64,000 bases of DNA from Hyphomonadaceae bacterium UBA1849 (GCA_002338565.1 DDIN01000006.1:110047-174046), one strand, 5' to 3'. Counted from the first letter of the stretch, positions 1 through 11,287 are shown. Made by a program: numbers and translations. The notes: generated by a model not told the origin, from the letters alone.

Positions 1-1604
1 AGAAGAATGACCGTATCGAGGTCTGCGCAATTCGAAGCTAGATACTCCGAAGCGGACTTAGCGCCCTCACCCGGCAGGAATCCGACATCCAGAGCGCCAA
101 CACGAGACGCAGCGTTGTGAAGTACACCGAAGCCAGCCCAGGCATCGTCACCTGAAACGATCGCGCCACATTCAAGCGCAAGATCATGAGCTGCTTTCAG
201 CGTAGCGTAACCGCCATCACCAACAAGCGCCTTCTCACCAACAACGATCATTGGCTTGTTCGCAGTCTTCAGAACGTCGCCGAATGCACCAAGGTCCTTC
301 AGTCCTGAAGTGGATGACGCAACATGCGTGTAATCATAGGTCAGATCATGCGGTTCGCCGATAAGGCCAACTTGCAGATCATTCCAGAGCCATGCCTTAC
401 GAATGCGTGCGTTCCAGACTGCTGCTTCAACGCGTGGATTGGCGCCAATAATGAGAAGCGCATCTGCTTCCTCTACGCCCATAAGCGTCGGGTTCAGAAT
501 GTAGCTTTCACGCGGCAGTGTTTCACCAGACGGTGTGACACCCAATTGCTGACCTGACAGCCGACAGTCGAGCGCTTTTGCGCCAACTGCTGTCATCAGG
601 TCTTTCGCTGCTTTCATACCTTCTACGCAAGCAAGGTCACCTGCAAACGCTGCAATACGGGATGCGTCACCTTTGAGCTTCTCTGCGACGACCGAAAGCG
701 CTTCGGACCAGTCAGCCGGGCGCAGTTTACCGTTTTCACGAACATAAGGCGTATCAAGACGCTGGCGACCGAGACCGTCCCAAACAAAACGGGACTTATC
801 TGACAGCCACTCTTCGTTCACTTCCTCATTCACGCGCGGCATGATGCGCATAACTGCAGCACCTTTAGCGTCGACGCGAATTGAGGAGCCGATAGCGTCC
901 ATCACATCGATAGACTCGGTTTTGCGAAGTTCCCAAGGGCGCGCATTAAACGCGTACGGCTTGGAGGTCAGCGCGCCAACCGGACACAAATCAATCACGT
1001 TGCCGGAAAGTTCGGATGTGAGAGACTGCTCGAGATATGTCGTGATCTCTGCGTCTTCACCACGGCTAATCATGCCGATCTCTTCAACGCCAGCTACTTC
1101 CGCAACAAAGCGCACGCAACGCGTACACTGGATGCAGCGCGTCATGATTGTTTTGACGAGCGGCCCCATATTTTTGTCTTCGACCGCGCGCTTGTTCATT
1201 TCATAGCGCGAGTCAGAGCGACCATAAGCGACGGCCTGATCCTGCAGGTCACACTCGCCGCCCTGGTCACAAATCGGACAATCAAGCGGGTGGTTGATGA
1301 GCAGGAATTCCATCACACCGTTGCGAGCGTTCTCGACGTATTCCCCTTTGGTATTGATGTTCGGAGGTGACCCATCAGGGTTCATCCGCATATCACCAAC
1401 TGTCTGCGCACATGAGGCAATCGGCTTCGGTGCGCCCTCCCACTGAACGAGACACATGCGGCAGTTACCTGCCACAGAGAGACGTTCGTGGAAGCAGAAA
1501 CGTGGAATCTCAGCACCCGCTTCTTCACAGGCCTGAAGGAGCGTGTATTCGCGAGGAACTTCGACTTCTTTGCCGTCAACGACGAGTTTAAAGGTATCTG
1601 ACAT
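1..1604 (-). CDS. nuoG: NADH-quinone oxidoreductase subunit G (5' part; runs off the window start)
   Basis: Not in the ORF track; translated by hand from the ATG at 1604: MSDTFKLVVDGKEVEVPREYTLLQACEEAGAEIPRFCFHERLSVAGNCRMCLV. Later NHPLDCPICDQGGECDLQDQ and MTRCIQCTRCVRF Fe-S motifs; directly follows nuoF. Confidence 0.97.
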   Translation of the reverse strand, partial: MSDTFKLVVDGKEVEVPREYTLLQACEEAGAEIPRFCFHERLSVAGNCRMCLVQWEGAPKPIASCAQTVGDMRMNPDGSPPNINTKGEYVENARNGVMEFLLINHPLDCPICDQGGECDLQDQAVAYGRSDSRYEMNKRAVEDKNMGPLVKTIMTRCIQCTRCVRFVAEVAGVEEIGMISRGEDAEITTYLEQSLTSELSGNVIDLCPVGALTSKPYAFNARPWELRKTESIDVMDAIGSSIRVDAKGAAVMRIMPRVNEEVNEEWLSDKSRFVWDGLGRQRLDTPYVRENGKLRPADWSEALSVVAEKLKGDASRIAAFAGDLACVEGMKAAKDLMTAVGAKALDCRLSGQQLGVTPSGETLPRESYILNPTLMGVEEADALLIIGANPRVEAAVWNARIRKAWLWNDLQVGLIGEPHDLTYDYTHVASSTSGLKDLGAFGDVLKTANKPMIVVGEKALVGDGGYATLKAAHDLALECGAIVSGDDAWAGFGVLHNAASRVGALDVGFLPGEGAKSASEYLASNCADLDTVIL

Positions 1605-1609
1605 ATGCC

Positions 1610-2914
1610 TTACTCCGCCGCTACGCTGGCGCCCTGAACGAGGGGCTTGCCAATTCGATAATTAGAAATGCGCTCTTCAATCTCGTGACGGAAGTGACGA
1701 ATAAGGCCCTGAACAGGCCATGCCGCAGCATCACCGAGTGCGCAGATCGTGTGGCCTTCAACCTGACCAGCTACGTCGAGCAGCATGTCAATTTCTGAAT
1801 GCTCAGCTTCGCCGCGCGCCATACGTTCAAGAACGCGCCACATCCAGCCAGTACCTTCACGGCAAGGCGTGCACTGGCCACAGCTCTCATGCTTGTAGAA
1901 ATAGCTGATACGCGCGATGGCTTTCACGATGTCCGTGGAATTATCCATGACGATCATTCCGGCCGTACCGAGGCCAGAACGCACTTCACGGAGCGCGTCA
2001 AAGTCCATCAGAACCGTGTCACAAATCTCACGCGGCAGAAGAGGAACGGAAGAACCGCCCGGAATAACTGCTTTCAGATTTTCCCAGCCGCCGCGAACGC
2101 CGCCGCAATGCTCTTCGATGAGTTGTTTCATCGGAATAGACATCGCTTCTTCTACGTTGCACGGCTTGTTCACGTGACCGGAAATACAGAAAACCTTCGT
2201 GCCCTTGTTGTTGTCACGACCGAAACTGGAGAACCATTCCGCGCCGCGGCGCAGAATAGTCGGCGCAACAGCAATAGACTCAACGTTGTTCACCGTTGTC
2301 GGGCAACCATACAGGCCAGCATTTGCAGGGAATGGCGGCTTCAGACGCGGCTGGCCCTTCTTGCCTTCGAGGCTTTCCAGCAGCGCTGTTTCTTCACCGC
2401 AGATGTAAGCACCTGCACCGTGGTGAATATAAACATCGAAGTCCCAGCCATGGACGTTGTCCTTACCGATCAGCTTGGCTTCATAAGCCTCCTTGACGGC
2501 CGCTTCCATACGCTCGCGCTCATAGATGTACTCACCGCGAAGGTAGATGTAGCAAGCGTGAGCACGCATTGCGTAAGACGCAACAAGGCAGCCTTCGATC
2601 AGCAGATGCGGATCATGGCGCATGATGTCTCGGTCTTTACAAGTACCCGGCTCAGACTCGTCGGCGTTCACCACAAGATAGTGCGGGCGATCACCAACTT
2701 GCTTCGGCATGAAGGTCCATTTCAGACCTGTCGGGAAGCCAGCGCCGCCGCGACCGCGCAGACCGGATGCCTTGATCTGGTCACAGATCCAGTCACGGCC
2801 ACACTGCAGCATATCGCGCGTCAGGTGCCATGCACCACGCTTTTTAGCGGCCTCCAGAGACCAGTCTTCCCGGCCGTAGAGGTTAGTGAAAATGCGATCC
2901 TTGTCCTCAAGCAC
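1610..2914 (-). CDS. nuoF: NADH-quinone oxidoreductase subunit F
   Basis: [49 protein letters not shown] and [11 protein letters not shown] motifs; GTG start preceded by GAAGGAG. Confidence 0.99.
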   Translation of the reverse strand: MLEDKDRIFTNLYGREDWSLEAAKKRGAWHLTRDMLQCGRDWICDQIKASGLRGRGGAGFPTGLKWTFMPKQVGDRPHYLVVNADESEPGTCKDRDIMRHDPHLLIEGCLVASYAMRAHACYIYLRGEYIYERERMEAAVKEAYEAKLIGKDNVHGWDFDVYIHHGAGAYICGEETALLESLEGKKGQPRLKPPFPANAGLYGCPTTVNNVESIAVAPTILRRGAEWFSSFGRDNNKGTKVFCISGHVNKPCNVEEAMSIPMKQLIEEHCGGVRGGWENLKAVIPGGSSVPLLPREICDTVLMDFDALREVRSGLGTAGMIVMDNSTDIVKAIARISYFYKHESCGQCTPCREGTGWMWRVLERMARGEAEHSEIDMLLDVAGQVEGHTICALGDAAAWPVQGLIRHFRHEIEERISNYRIGKPLVQGASVAAE

Positions 2915-2959
2915 AGCTGCGCTCCTTCAAGGTTACAAGCGGATTATGGGTCATAACGA

Positions 2960-4000
2960 TCATGACTTTTTCTTCTCCGCCAGTTCCTGAGCCTGCGGGA
3001 TCCAGCGCTCGCGCGCGACCCGGCCTTTGAAGCTCAGATACTCATCAATCCATGCCATTTCTGGCTCGCCCCAGGCAGCGATCTGTTCGAAATAGAACAC
3101 ACCAAGGGAGTTAAGCTTTTTGACCAGAACGGGTCCGATACCTTTGATCGTTTCAAGGTTGTCTGCCTCGCCCTTCGCAGGTGCTTCGACAACTTCCGGG
3201 CGCTTTTTGTCATCGGTCTCTTCTGGAAGCTCGGCAGTTGCTTCGACAGCTGCATCAGCAGCTTTCTTCTCAGCTTTCACTGTCTTAGCTTTTTTAACCT
3301 TAGCTGTCTTCGCGCCGAGTGGCTGAAGATCGGACTCTGGAAGTTCGGACGGCGCATTGGGCAATCCGCTGATACCAGCAGGAACGGAACCATCGTAAAG
3401 CGCGCTATCGATCAATGTTATGGCGTCACCCTCAGGCGCGGAGCGTTCGCGTGCAACGAAATTACCCGGCTCAACTGCAACGCCGTTCTCAAGTTTGTCG
3501 ATAATCTCTGCAAACGTGTCCGACGTCAGGTCTTCATAGTAATAGTCATTGATCTGAACCATCGCGCCATTCACGCACGCGCCCAGACACTCGACTTCTT
3601 CCCATGACAGGCGGCCAGACTCGTTGACCTGAAAGGCTTTACCAATCTTGTTCTGGCAAATCTCTTTGAGATCATTCGCACCGCGCAGCATGCAAGGCGT
3701 CGTGCCGCAAAGCTGAACGTGGAACTTACCAACAGGCTGAAGACGGAACATCGTGTAGAAAGTCGCGACTTCGTACACGCGAATGTATGGCATTTCGAGA
3801 CGCTCTGCGACTTCGCGCATTGCAGGCTCAGATAACCAGCCACCATTATCCTTCTGCGCAAGCCACAGAAGCGGGATTACCGCTGAACGCTTGCGGTCTT
3901 CAGGATACTTCGCGAGCCAGAATGAGATTTTGCCTTCTGTTTCAGACGCAAACTCAAACGTTTCACCGCCAGCTTCCAGATCAAAACGACGAACAGCCAT
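2960..4000 (-). CDS. nuoE: NADH-quinone oxidoreductase subunit E with long C-terminal extension
   Basis: YEVATFYTMF, LCGTTPCMLRG and VECLGACVNG 2Fe-2S motifs, then a Lys/Ala-rich linker and a helix-hairpin-helix-like domain (IKGIGP). Confidence 0.97.
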   Translation of the reverse strand: MAVRRFDLEAGGETFEFASETEGKISFWLAKYPEDRKRSAVIPLLWLAQKDNGGWLSEPAMREVAERLEMPYIRVYEVATFYTMFRLQPVGKFHVQLCGTTPCMLRGANDLKEICQNKIGKAFQVNESGRLSWEEVECLGACVNGAMVQINDYYYEDLTSDTFAEIIDKLENGVAVEPGNFVARERSAPEGDAITLIDSALYDGSVPAGISGLPNAPSELPESDLQPLGAKTAKVKKAKTVKAEKKAADAAVEATAELPEETDDKKRPEVVEAPAKGEADNLETIKGIGPVLVKKLNSLGVFYFEQIAAWGEPEMAWIDEYLSFKGRVARERWIPQAQELAEKKKS

Positions 4001-5196
4001 TAGCGGTCAATCTCCCCGAATACGATGTCGAGAGACCCCAGAATGGCAGAAACGTCAGCCAGCTGGTGCCCTTTAGACAGGTAATCCATTGCGTGCAGGT
4101 GCGGGAAACCCGGAGCGCGGATTTTAAGACGATATGGACGGTTAGTGCCATCCGAAACGAGGTACACGCCGAACTCACCCTTCGGCGCTTCAACTGCGGT
4201 GTAAGTTTCACCAGCAGGAACTTTGAAGCCCTCTGTGTAGAGTTTGAAGTGGTGGATGAGAGCTTCCATTGAGCGCTTCATTTCACCACGGCGTGGAGGT
4301 GCGATCTTGGAGCTCTTTGCTAGCACAGGGCCCGGCTCCATCAGTTCGATACACTGACGTATGATTTTCACTGACTCACGCATCTCTTCCATACGGCAGA
4401 CATAGCGGTCATAGCAGTCGCCGTGCTTACCGACAGGAATCTTGAAGTCGAGTTCGTTATAGCACTCATAAGGCTGCGCGCGACGCAGGTCCCAGGCCAT
4501 GCCCGAACCACGAACCATGACACCTGAGAAACCCCAATCGAGCGCGTCCTGAACGGACACAACGCCGACGTCACAGTTACGCTGCTTGAAGATACGGTTA
4601 TCCGTCAGAAGACCTTCCATATCGTCGCAAACCGGCAGGAACTCATCGCAGAACTTCAGGATATCATCGAGAAGCTCGGGCGGGAGATCTTGGTGAACAC
4701 CGCCCGGGCGGAAATAAGCCGCGTGCATGCGTGAACCACATGCGCGCTCGTAGAATACGCAAAGCTTTTCGCGCTCCTCAAAGCCCCATGTGATTGGCGT
4801 CAGCGCGCCAACATCCATCGCCTGTGTGGTGATGTTCAGAATGTGGTTAGAGATACGGCCGATCTCGCTGTAGAGAACGCGGATCAGGCTTGCACGACGT
4901 GGCACTTCGAGACCAAGAAGTTTCTCGATCGCCAGGCAGTATGCGTGCTCCTGGTTCATCGGCGCCACATAGTCGAGACGATCAAAATACGGCAGAGCCT
5001 GAAGATAGGTCTTGTACTCGATCAGCTTCTCTGTACCGCGGTGCAGAAGACCGATGTGCGGATCAACGCGCTCAACGATCTCGCCATCCATTTCAACAAC
5101 CATACGCAGAACGCCGTGCGCCGCAGGGTGCTGAGGACCGAAGTTGAACGTAAAGCTACGATCGTCAGGATTGTGGGCTTGTCCGTCAGCCATCAC
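4000..5196 (-). CDS. nuoD: NADH-quinone oxidoreductase subunit D
   Basis: [36 protein letters not shown] and C-terminal DIVFGEIDR; TAATG overlap with nuoE. Confidence 0.99.
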   Translation of the reverse strand: MMADGQAHNPDDRSFTFNFGPQHPAAHGVLRMVVEMDGEIVERVDPHIGLLHRGTEKLIEYKTYLQALPYFDRLDYVAPMNQEHAYCLAIEKLLGLEVPRRASLIRVLYSEIGRISNHILNITTQAMDVGALTPITWGFEEREKLCVFYERACGSRMHAAYFRPGGVHQDLPPELLDDILKFCDEFLPVCDDMEGLLTDNRIFKQRNCDVGVVSVQDALDWGFSGVMVRGSGMAWDLRRAQPYECYNELDFKIPVGKHGDCYDRYVCRMEEMRESVKIIRQCIELMEPGPVLAKSSKIAPPRRGEMKRSMEALIHHFKLYTEGFKVPAGETYTAVEAPKGEFGVYLVSDGTNRPYRLKIRAPGFPHLHAMDYLSKGHQLADVSAILGSLDIVFGEIDR

Positions 5197-5813
5197 TCAG
5201 CTCCCTCGGTCGCTTTCTCATCGCCTGGAATGACTGCCTGAGCGCCTTCCCATGGTGAGAGGAAATCAAAGTTACGGTATTCCTGAACGAGCTTAACCGG
5301 CTCATACACGACACGCTTTTCGAGCTCGTCGTAACGAACTTCAACATAACCCGTTAGCGGGAAGTCTTTGCGCAGCGGGTGCCCCTCGAAACCATAGTCC
5401 GTGAGGAGACGGCGCATGTCTGTGTTGCCTGCGAACAGGACGCCATACATGTCAAGCGCCTCACGCTCGAACCACTCAGCGCACGGGAAGATTTCCACGA
5501 TGCTTGGAACAGCTGTTTCTGCGTCGGTGCTGACTTTCACACGGATGCGCTGATTCATACGCATACTGAGCATGTGATACACAATCTCGAAGCGCTCACG
5601 GCGCTCCGGGAAATCCACGCCACATACGTCAATCAGAGTTTCAAAGCGGCACTGGCTGTCATCGCGCAAAAACTTGATCAGAGATCGGATCTGGTCGCGC
5701 ACACAATGGATGGTGAGTTCGCCTTGCGTAATCTCCCAGCGCTGAACCGCATGCGGCTCGGCGTGAGCAATGTGATCAGCAAGATCGTTCAGAGTCTCGT
5801 CCACGTCGTTCAC
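5193..5813 (-). CDS. nuoC: NADH-quinone oxidoreductase subunit C
   Basis: [34 protein letters not shown]. Confidence 0.99.
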   Translation of the reverse strand: MNDVDETLNDLADHIAHAEPHAVQRWEITQGELTIHCVRDQIRSLIKFLRDDSQCRFETLIDVCGVDFPERRERFEIVYHMLSMRMNQRIRVKVSTDAETAVPSIVEIFPCAEWFEREALDMYGVLFAGNTDMRRLLTDYGFEGHPLRKDFPLTGYVEVRYDELEKRVVYEPVKLVQEYRNFDFLSPWEGAQAVIPGDEKATEGAE

Positions 5814-5814
5814 C

Positions 5815-6396
5815 TTATCGCTCGATCGTACCTTCGCGACGGATCTTCTTCTGAAGCTGAAGGAGACCGTACACGAGCGCCTCTGCCGTCGGAGGACAGC
5901 CAGGAATATAGATGTCTACAGGAACGATCCGGTCACATCCGCGGACGACCGAATAGCTGTAGTGATAATAGCCGCCGCCATTGGCACACGACCCCATAGA
6001 GATCACGTAGCGAGGCTCAGGCATCTGGTCGTAAACCTTGCGGAGCGCTGGAGCCATCTTGTTTGTCAGCGTACCGGCTACAATCATCACGTCAGACTGA
6101 CGGGGCGACCCACGAGGCGCCATACCGAAACGTTCGAGGTCGTAGCGCGGGTTACCCGCATGCATCATCTCGACCGCGCAGCATGCGAGACCGAAAGTCA
6201 TCCACATCAGCGAGCCTGTACGCGCCCAGGTGATCAGATCATCTGCAGCTGCGACGAAGAAACCTTTATCCGCGAGCTCATCGCTCAGCCCCGCGAAAAA
6301 CGGGTCGTCACCACGAACTGGACCAGCGCCTTCGACGCCAGCCCGACCGCCTGATAATGCGGGGATGTGATAGTCTTTATCGGCCACTATTCCCAC
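5815..6396 (-). CDS. nuoB: NADH-quinone oxidoreductase subunit B
   Basis: [34 protein letters not shown] and [11 protein letters not shown] placed the start at GTG 6396 (GTG 6387 is also possible) rather than the track's 6417. Confidence 0.97.
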   Translation of the reverse strand: MGIVADKDYHIPALSGGRAGVEGAGPVRGDDPFFAGLSDELADKGFFVAAADDLITWARTGSLMWMTFGLACCAVEMMHAGNPRYDLERFGMAPRGSPRQSDVMIVAGTLTNKMAPALRKVYDQMPEPRYVISMGSCANGGGYYHYSYSVVRGCDRIVPVDIYIPGCPPTAEALVYGLLQLQKKIRREGTIER

Positions 6397-6761
6397 TCCA
6401 GTGCGCCAGAGCGCCACTCATAAATGAAACCGACGGTCAGAACGCCGAGGAAAACGACCATGGACCAAAAGCCGAAGACGCCAATCGTCCCGAGGCTAAC
6501 TGCCCACGGGAAGAGGAAAGCGACCTCAAGGTCGAAAATAATGAAAAGGATGGCGACAAGATAGAAACGGACGTCGAACTTAAGACGCGCATCGTCAAAT
6601 GCCTCAAAACCACATTCATACGCCGAGAGCTTCTCCGGGTCCGGCTTGGATGGCGCCAGAATGGTCGAGACGAGCAGGAAGGCGAAGCAAAGCCCTAATC
6701 CGATAACGAGGAAGATTATAACTGGCAGATAGTTCAGAAGAACAGGTTGCAGCTCGTTCAT
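6387..6761 (-). CDS. nuoA: NADH-quinone oxidoreductase subunit A
   Basis: [41 protein letters not shown]. Confidence 0.99.
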   Translation of the reverse strand: MNELQPVLLNYLPVIIFLVIGLGLCFAFLLVSTILAPSKPDPEKLSAYECGFEAFDDARLKFDVRFYLVAILFIIFDLEVAFLFPWAVSLGTIGVFGFWSMVVFLGVLTVGFIYEWRSGALEWE

Positions 6762-7040
6762 GTCGATTCAGCCCTTCAATGTTCCATGCTGGTTATTCAG
6801 GTTTTCGTCAGGTTTCAACCACGCAATTGTCTATCTTCGATAAAAGACCTTAAAAAAATTCCAGAAGTCCTGCTGGAAGGCAGGTTTCCGCAGGCGCACC
6901 ACCACCCGGAAACGAAACTTACATCAAAATAGACTTTAAGCGTTGTCGCCTTAGCAACGGAGCTAGATCACTCTCACAGCAGTACAATGTTTAACCTGAA
7001 AATCAGGCAAGACAAAAGTCATACATTGAAGCAGCTCAGC

Positions 7041-8057
7041 CTACCCTGCACGCGATATGTCAGCCGCCACCATCATCTCAACAAGCGAATTGAACGGCGT
7101 CTGCGCTGACCAGCCGAGCTTTTGTTCAGCCCGTTGAGGATTACCGATCAAACCGTCAGGATCCTGCGCCCTATAGAATTCGGGCGCTACCGCTACGATG
7201 GTTCGACCCGTTTTTGTGTCGACCGCAATCTCATCGACACCGTCGCCCTGCCACCTAATGTCGAGCCCTAAATAAGCCGCAGCAATCTCAATCCAGTCCC
7301 GAACACAATGAAACTGCCCGCTCGACAGAATATATCTGCTGGGAGCTTTATTCTGTAGCGACAGCACAGCCGCTTTCATGAAATCATCCGCATACGACCA
7401 GTCTCGCCGCGAATTGAGGTTGCCAACACGCAACACAAACTCCGAATTCCGCGCAGCCTCAACCATTCCCATAGTGACTTTGCGGCTCAGAAAGCGCTCA
7501 GTTCGCAACGGTGATTCATGATTGTAGAGAACACCTGAAACCGCAAACACGCCTGCAGACCGCGCATCAGCAACAATGTCGTCAGCAACTACTTTCGCCT
7601 CGGCGTAAAAGTTTTCCGGATTTACCGGCGTTTCTTCCGTCTGCGGTCCTGTAGTTTCATTGCCAAAAACTTGTGCGCTAGAAGCCTGAAAAAATCGAAC
7701 TGAGTCTTTGGCATCTGTAGCGGAATCCAGCATCACCCCGACAATTTCGCCATTTACAAAAAGCGTCTTATCGCGACTCACGTTTGCTTCTGCGAGCGAG
7801 GTATAGCCGGCGAGATTAAAAAACCAATCAGGCTCAGTCTCCCAGACGACCTGCTGGACCGCCTTGGCATTATCGAGGCCGCACGTGACCAACCTAACCT
7901 GTTCGCAGATACCAACGAACTGTAGTCGCCATTTGTCGCTCAGCTGCGCGTTTTGGCAGGTACCAGTTACTTCAAACCCAAGGTCGAGAAGTCTTCTTGC
8001 GAGATAAGCACCATCCTGACCGGTAATACCGAAGATGAGCGCTTTCTGCCTCGACAT
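7041..8057 (-). CDS. GDP-mannose 4,6-dehydratase-like extended SDR (divergent active site)
   Basis: GITGQDGAYLA, YxxxK (YAEAK), NHESPLR and GNLNSRRDW are Gmd-family motifs, but QASSAQVFG replaces the usual QAS(T/S)SE(L/M)(Y/F)G. Confidence 0.85.
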   Translation of the reverse strand: MSRQKALIFGITGQDGAYLARRLLDLGFEVTGTCQNAQLSDKWRLQFVGICEQVRLVTCGLDNAKAVQQVVWETEPDWFFNLAGYTSLAEANVSRDKTLFVNGEIVGVMLDSATDAKDSVRFFQASSAQVFGNETTGPQTEETPVNPENFYAEAKVVADDIVADARSAGVFAVSGVLYNHESPLRTERFLSRKVTMGMVEAARNSEFVLRVGNLNSRRDWSYADDFMKAAVLSLQNKAPSRYILSSGQFHCVRDWIEIAAAYLGLDIRWQGDGVDEIAVDTKTGRTIVAVAPEFYRAQDPDGLIGNPQRAEQKLGWSAQTPFNSLVEMMVAADISRAG

Positions 8058-9406
8058 TATTGGCCGTCCGCTTTCAGGATTTCCGCGATAATTTCGCCTA
8101 CTGCGCGCTCAGCGTTTCCACGCTCATAGGCTTCAGCCATAACCCGAATAAGCGGTTCTGTACCCGACTTACGCACAACAACGCGACCGGAATCACCCAA
8201 AGTCTCAGATACGCTCTCAATCCTGGCTTTCACACTTTCAGCGGAAAGTGGGTCGTCCGACTGATAGCGAACATTCTCCAGAAGCTGCGGCACAGGTTCA
8301 AACACCGACAGAACCTCTGATGCCTTTTTGTCTTCGCGAACCATGATGGACAGAACCGCGATTGCGGCAATGATGGCATCGCCGGTGGTCACATGGTTAG
8401 CGAGAACCACGTGTCCTGATTGCTCTCCACCTATTGAGAAACCGCCTTCCCGCAAACGTTCTACGACATACCGGTCGCCCACCTTGGTTCGCTCCAGCTT
8501 TATGCCTTCTCGCGAGAGTGCACCCTCCAAACCAAGATTCGACATTATCGTTGCAACAACCGTGTCGCCTGCAAGTCGCCCCTGCGCTTTGGCGTCAATC
8601 GCTATGGCCCCCATAATCTGGTCACCATCTGCAACTTCGCCGTTTTCGTCGACAACAATAATGCGATCCGCATCGCCATCAAAAGCGATTCCGACATCGG
8701 CAGAATGAGCACGAACCACCTCCGAAAGCCCCTCAGGGTGAAGAGCGCCGCATTTGGTGTTGATGTTTACACCGTCAGGTGTGTCGGCAAGCATTATTAC
8801 TTCAGCACCCAACGATCGGAAAACGGGTTCCGCGGCGCTCACGCCTGCACCATTGGCAGCATCAATCACGACCTTCAAGCCACTGAGGCTCGCGTCCGGC
8901 CCGGCCGTCCGGACCGCAAAATCCGCATACGACGATACGTCGAATTCGGCATTAACGACACGACCGAAGCGTTCTGCAGGCACCGTACAATCAAATCTGG
9001 GATCTTGAATGATGGCTTCGATCTCGTCCTGCTGGGCACCTGAAAGCTTGTAGCCATCCGGCCCAAAAACTTTCACACCGTTGTCGTGAAAAGGATTGTG
9101 GGACGCGGTAATCATCAGACCCGCCGCCGCACCATTCTGAACCGTCAGCCAGCCTAGCGCTGGTGTTGGAAGCACATCTACCAAAGCGACATCTGCTCCT
9201 GCATTCAGGAGCCCGGACACGATCGCAGATTGGAGGATTAAACCTGATGCACGAGTATCTCGCCCAATAACGACGACGGGACGATGACCGGCGTTACGAA
9301 GCGTATATCCGAGCGCCTCTCCGAATCTCAAAAACATATCGGGGCGTATCGCGCCCATATTTACCGTTCCACGAATTCCGTCTGTGCCGAACAGCTTTTC
9401 CGCCAT
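8057..9406 (-). CDS. glmM: Phosphoglucosamine mutase
   Basis: LFGTDGIRG, ITASHNP (phosphoserine), FDGDADR, GGEQSGH, RKSGTEPLIRVM. Confidence 0.95.
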   Translation of the reverse strand: MAEKLFGTDGIRGTVNMGAIRPDMFLRFGEALGYTLRNAGHRPVVVIGRDTRASGLILQSAIVSGLLNAGADVALVDVLPTPALGWLTVQNGAAAGLMITASHNPFHDNGVKVFGPDGYKLSGAQQDEIEAIIQDPRFDCTVPAERFGRVVNAEFDVSSYADFAVRTAGPDASLSGLKVVIDAANGAGVSAAEPVFRSLGAEVIMLADTPDGVNINTKCGALHPEGLSEVVRAHSADVGIAFDGDADRIIVVDENGEVADGDQIMGAIAIDAKAQGRLAGDTVVATIMSNLGLEGALSREGIKLERTKVGDRYVVERLREGGFSIGGEQSGHVVLANHVTTGDAIIAAIAVLSIMVREDKKASEVLSVFEPVPQLLENVRYQSDDPLSAESVKARIESVSETLGDSGRVVVRKSGTEPLIRVMAEAYERGNAERAVGEIIAEILKADGQ

Positions 9407-9454
9407 TTGATCCCCGCTGATACTTTTTACGACCAGAGATACTGACTCTCGGCG

Positions 9455-11287
9455 CTATTCAACAGTCACAGACTTGGCGAGGTTGCGCGGTTGATCGACA
9501 TCTGTGCCCCGCATGACGGCGGTGTGATAAGCGATGAGCTGTAAAACAACCGAGTACACGAATGGTGCCACGATTGATTCGCACGCTGGAATCTCAAGGC
9601 TTGCAGTCGGCACATTACCAGCGAGTTCGACCCCCTTACGATCAGAGAGAAGCAATACCGGCCCTTTACGCGCAGCAACCTCCTGCAAGTTCGACAGTGA
9701 CTTCTCGAACAGCTCGTCTGTAGGCGCAATAAACACAATCGGGGTTTTGTCGGTAATCAGAGCGATTGGACCGTGTTTAAGTTCGCCCGCACCAAAACCT
9801 TCTGCGTGAATATAAGAAATCTCTTTAAGCTTCAGAGCACCTTCCAGCGCGAGTGGGTAATGCACGCCACGCCCGAGGTAGAACACATCATCAGCTTCAG
9901 CGATAAGCTCGCAAACGGAATAGATCTGGCGATCCAGATCCAGCGTCTCGTCGACGAGATCAATGATAGAAAATACAGATTTATTATAACCTGCGAACTC
10001 TTCATCGGTGATCACGCCCCGTGAGTGCCCCGCATGGATCGCAGACGCTAGCAAAGAGAGAAGCTGCGCAGTGAAGGCCTTCGTACTTGCGACACCGATT
10101 TCAGGTCCTGCCAGCGTTGGCAGAACGACATCCGCCTCCCGCGCGATAGTCGATGTCGGCACGTTTACGATCGCAATGGTTTTGACGCCCTGCTCCTTGC
10201 AATAACGAAGTGCCGCCAGTGTATCGGCCGTCTCACCTGACTGCGAAACAAAGATCGCTGCGGAATTTGGCGCAAGTGCCGGTTGGCGATATCTGAATTC
10301 AGACGCGATATCCGTTTTGCACGGAATGCCAGCGAGCTGCTCGAACCAGTACTCCGCCACCCGCGTCGCATAATGGGCCGTACCGCAGGAAATCAGGTAG
10401 AGACTGGATACCGTTGAAAAATCGAGTTCTTCTTCACCAGATTTAGGGAGACTAACTGTTCCGCGCGCAGGATGCGTGTACGCCTTCAGGGTACGGGTCA
10501 GCGCTTTCGGTTGCTCGAAAATTTCTTTCAACATGAAGTGCGGATAATTGCCTTTGTCAGCAACACTGTCCTCAGTTTCGACAGTCTGGACGGGACGCTC
10601 GACCGGCTGATCGTTCATATCAAAGATTTCATATCCGGTGCGAGACAGAACGCACCAATCGCCCTCTTCGAGGTAAATCACCTGATCGGTAAAAGGAGCG
10701 ATTGCGAGAGCATCCGATCCCAGAAACATTTCATCCTTACCGACACCAATCACGAGTGGGCTGCCCTGGCGGGCGCCGATCATCATGTCGATGTGTCCTT
10801 CGAAAATCATGCTCAGAGCATAAGCGCCAGTGAAACGCTTCAACGCTTTGGAAACCGCTGTTTTCGGGTCGTCGCCTTGTTTCAGAAATGTGCTGATGAG
10901 CACTGCAACGGTTTCACTGTCCGTTTCCGTGTGAAACTCATGGCCAGCGGCACGCAGCTCGGATTTCAGCTCTGAATAATTTTCAATGATACCGTTGTGA
11001 ACAATGGCGACGCCTTCGGCTGTGTGAGGGTGCGCATTTCGCTCACTCGCTTCACCATGTGTCGCCCAACGCGTGTGACCGATCCCGGTGAAACCGATAA
11101 GGGGTTCTTCGCGAAGTTTGTCTTCCAGAGATGCAATTTTGCCAACGCTCCGGCGGCGCTCAATGCCCTCAGGCAGAACAACCGCAACACCTGCACTGTC
11201 ATAACCACGGTATTCCAGACGCTTTAGCGTCGCAACGAGACGAGCCGTTACTGGCGCCATGCCCACGATACCAATAATTCCACACAT
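9455..11287 (-). CDS. glmS: Glutamine--fructose-6-phosphate aminotransferase
   Basis: The start must be MCGIIG at 11287 (N-terminal Cys nucleophile); GHTRWATHG, SQSGETADT, LKLKEISY and PRNLAKSVTVE. Confidence 0.98.
   Translation of the reverse strand: MCGIIGIVGMAPVTARLVATLKRLEYRGYDSAGVAVVLPEGIERRRSVGKIASLEDKLREEPLIGFTGIGHTRWATHGEASERNAHPHTAEGVAIVHNGIIENYSELKSELRAAGHEFHTETDSETVAVLISTFLKQGDDPKTAVSKALKRFTGAYALSMIFEGHIDMMIGARQGSPLVIGVGKDEMFLGSDALAIAPFTDQVIYLEEGDWCVLSRTGYEIFDMNDQPVERPVQTVETEDSVADKGNYPHFMLKEIFEQPKALTRTLKAYTHPARGTVSLPKSGEEELDFSTVSSLYLISCGTAHYATRVAEYWFEQLAGIPCKTDIASEFRYRQPALAPNSAAIFVSQSGETADTLAALRYCKEQGVKTIAIVNVPTSTIAREADVVLPTLAGPEIGVASTKAFTAQLLSLLASAIHAGHSRGVITDEEFAGYNKSVFSIIDLVDETLDLDRQIYSVCELIAEADDVFYLGRGVHYPLALEGALKLKEISYIHAEGFGAGELKHGPIALITDKTPIVFIAPTDELFEKSLSNLQEVAARKGPVLLLSDRKGVELAGNVPTASLEIPACESIVAPFVYSVVLQLIAYHTAVMRGTDVDQPRNLAKSVTVE

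Noticed and set aside
1799-2956. 385-aa plus-strand ORF antisense to nuoF
   Set aside because: It mirrors a strongly codon-biased gene and has no recognisable motifs; typical antisense shadow.
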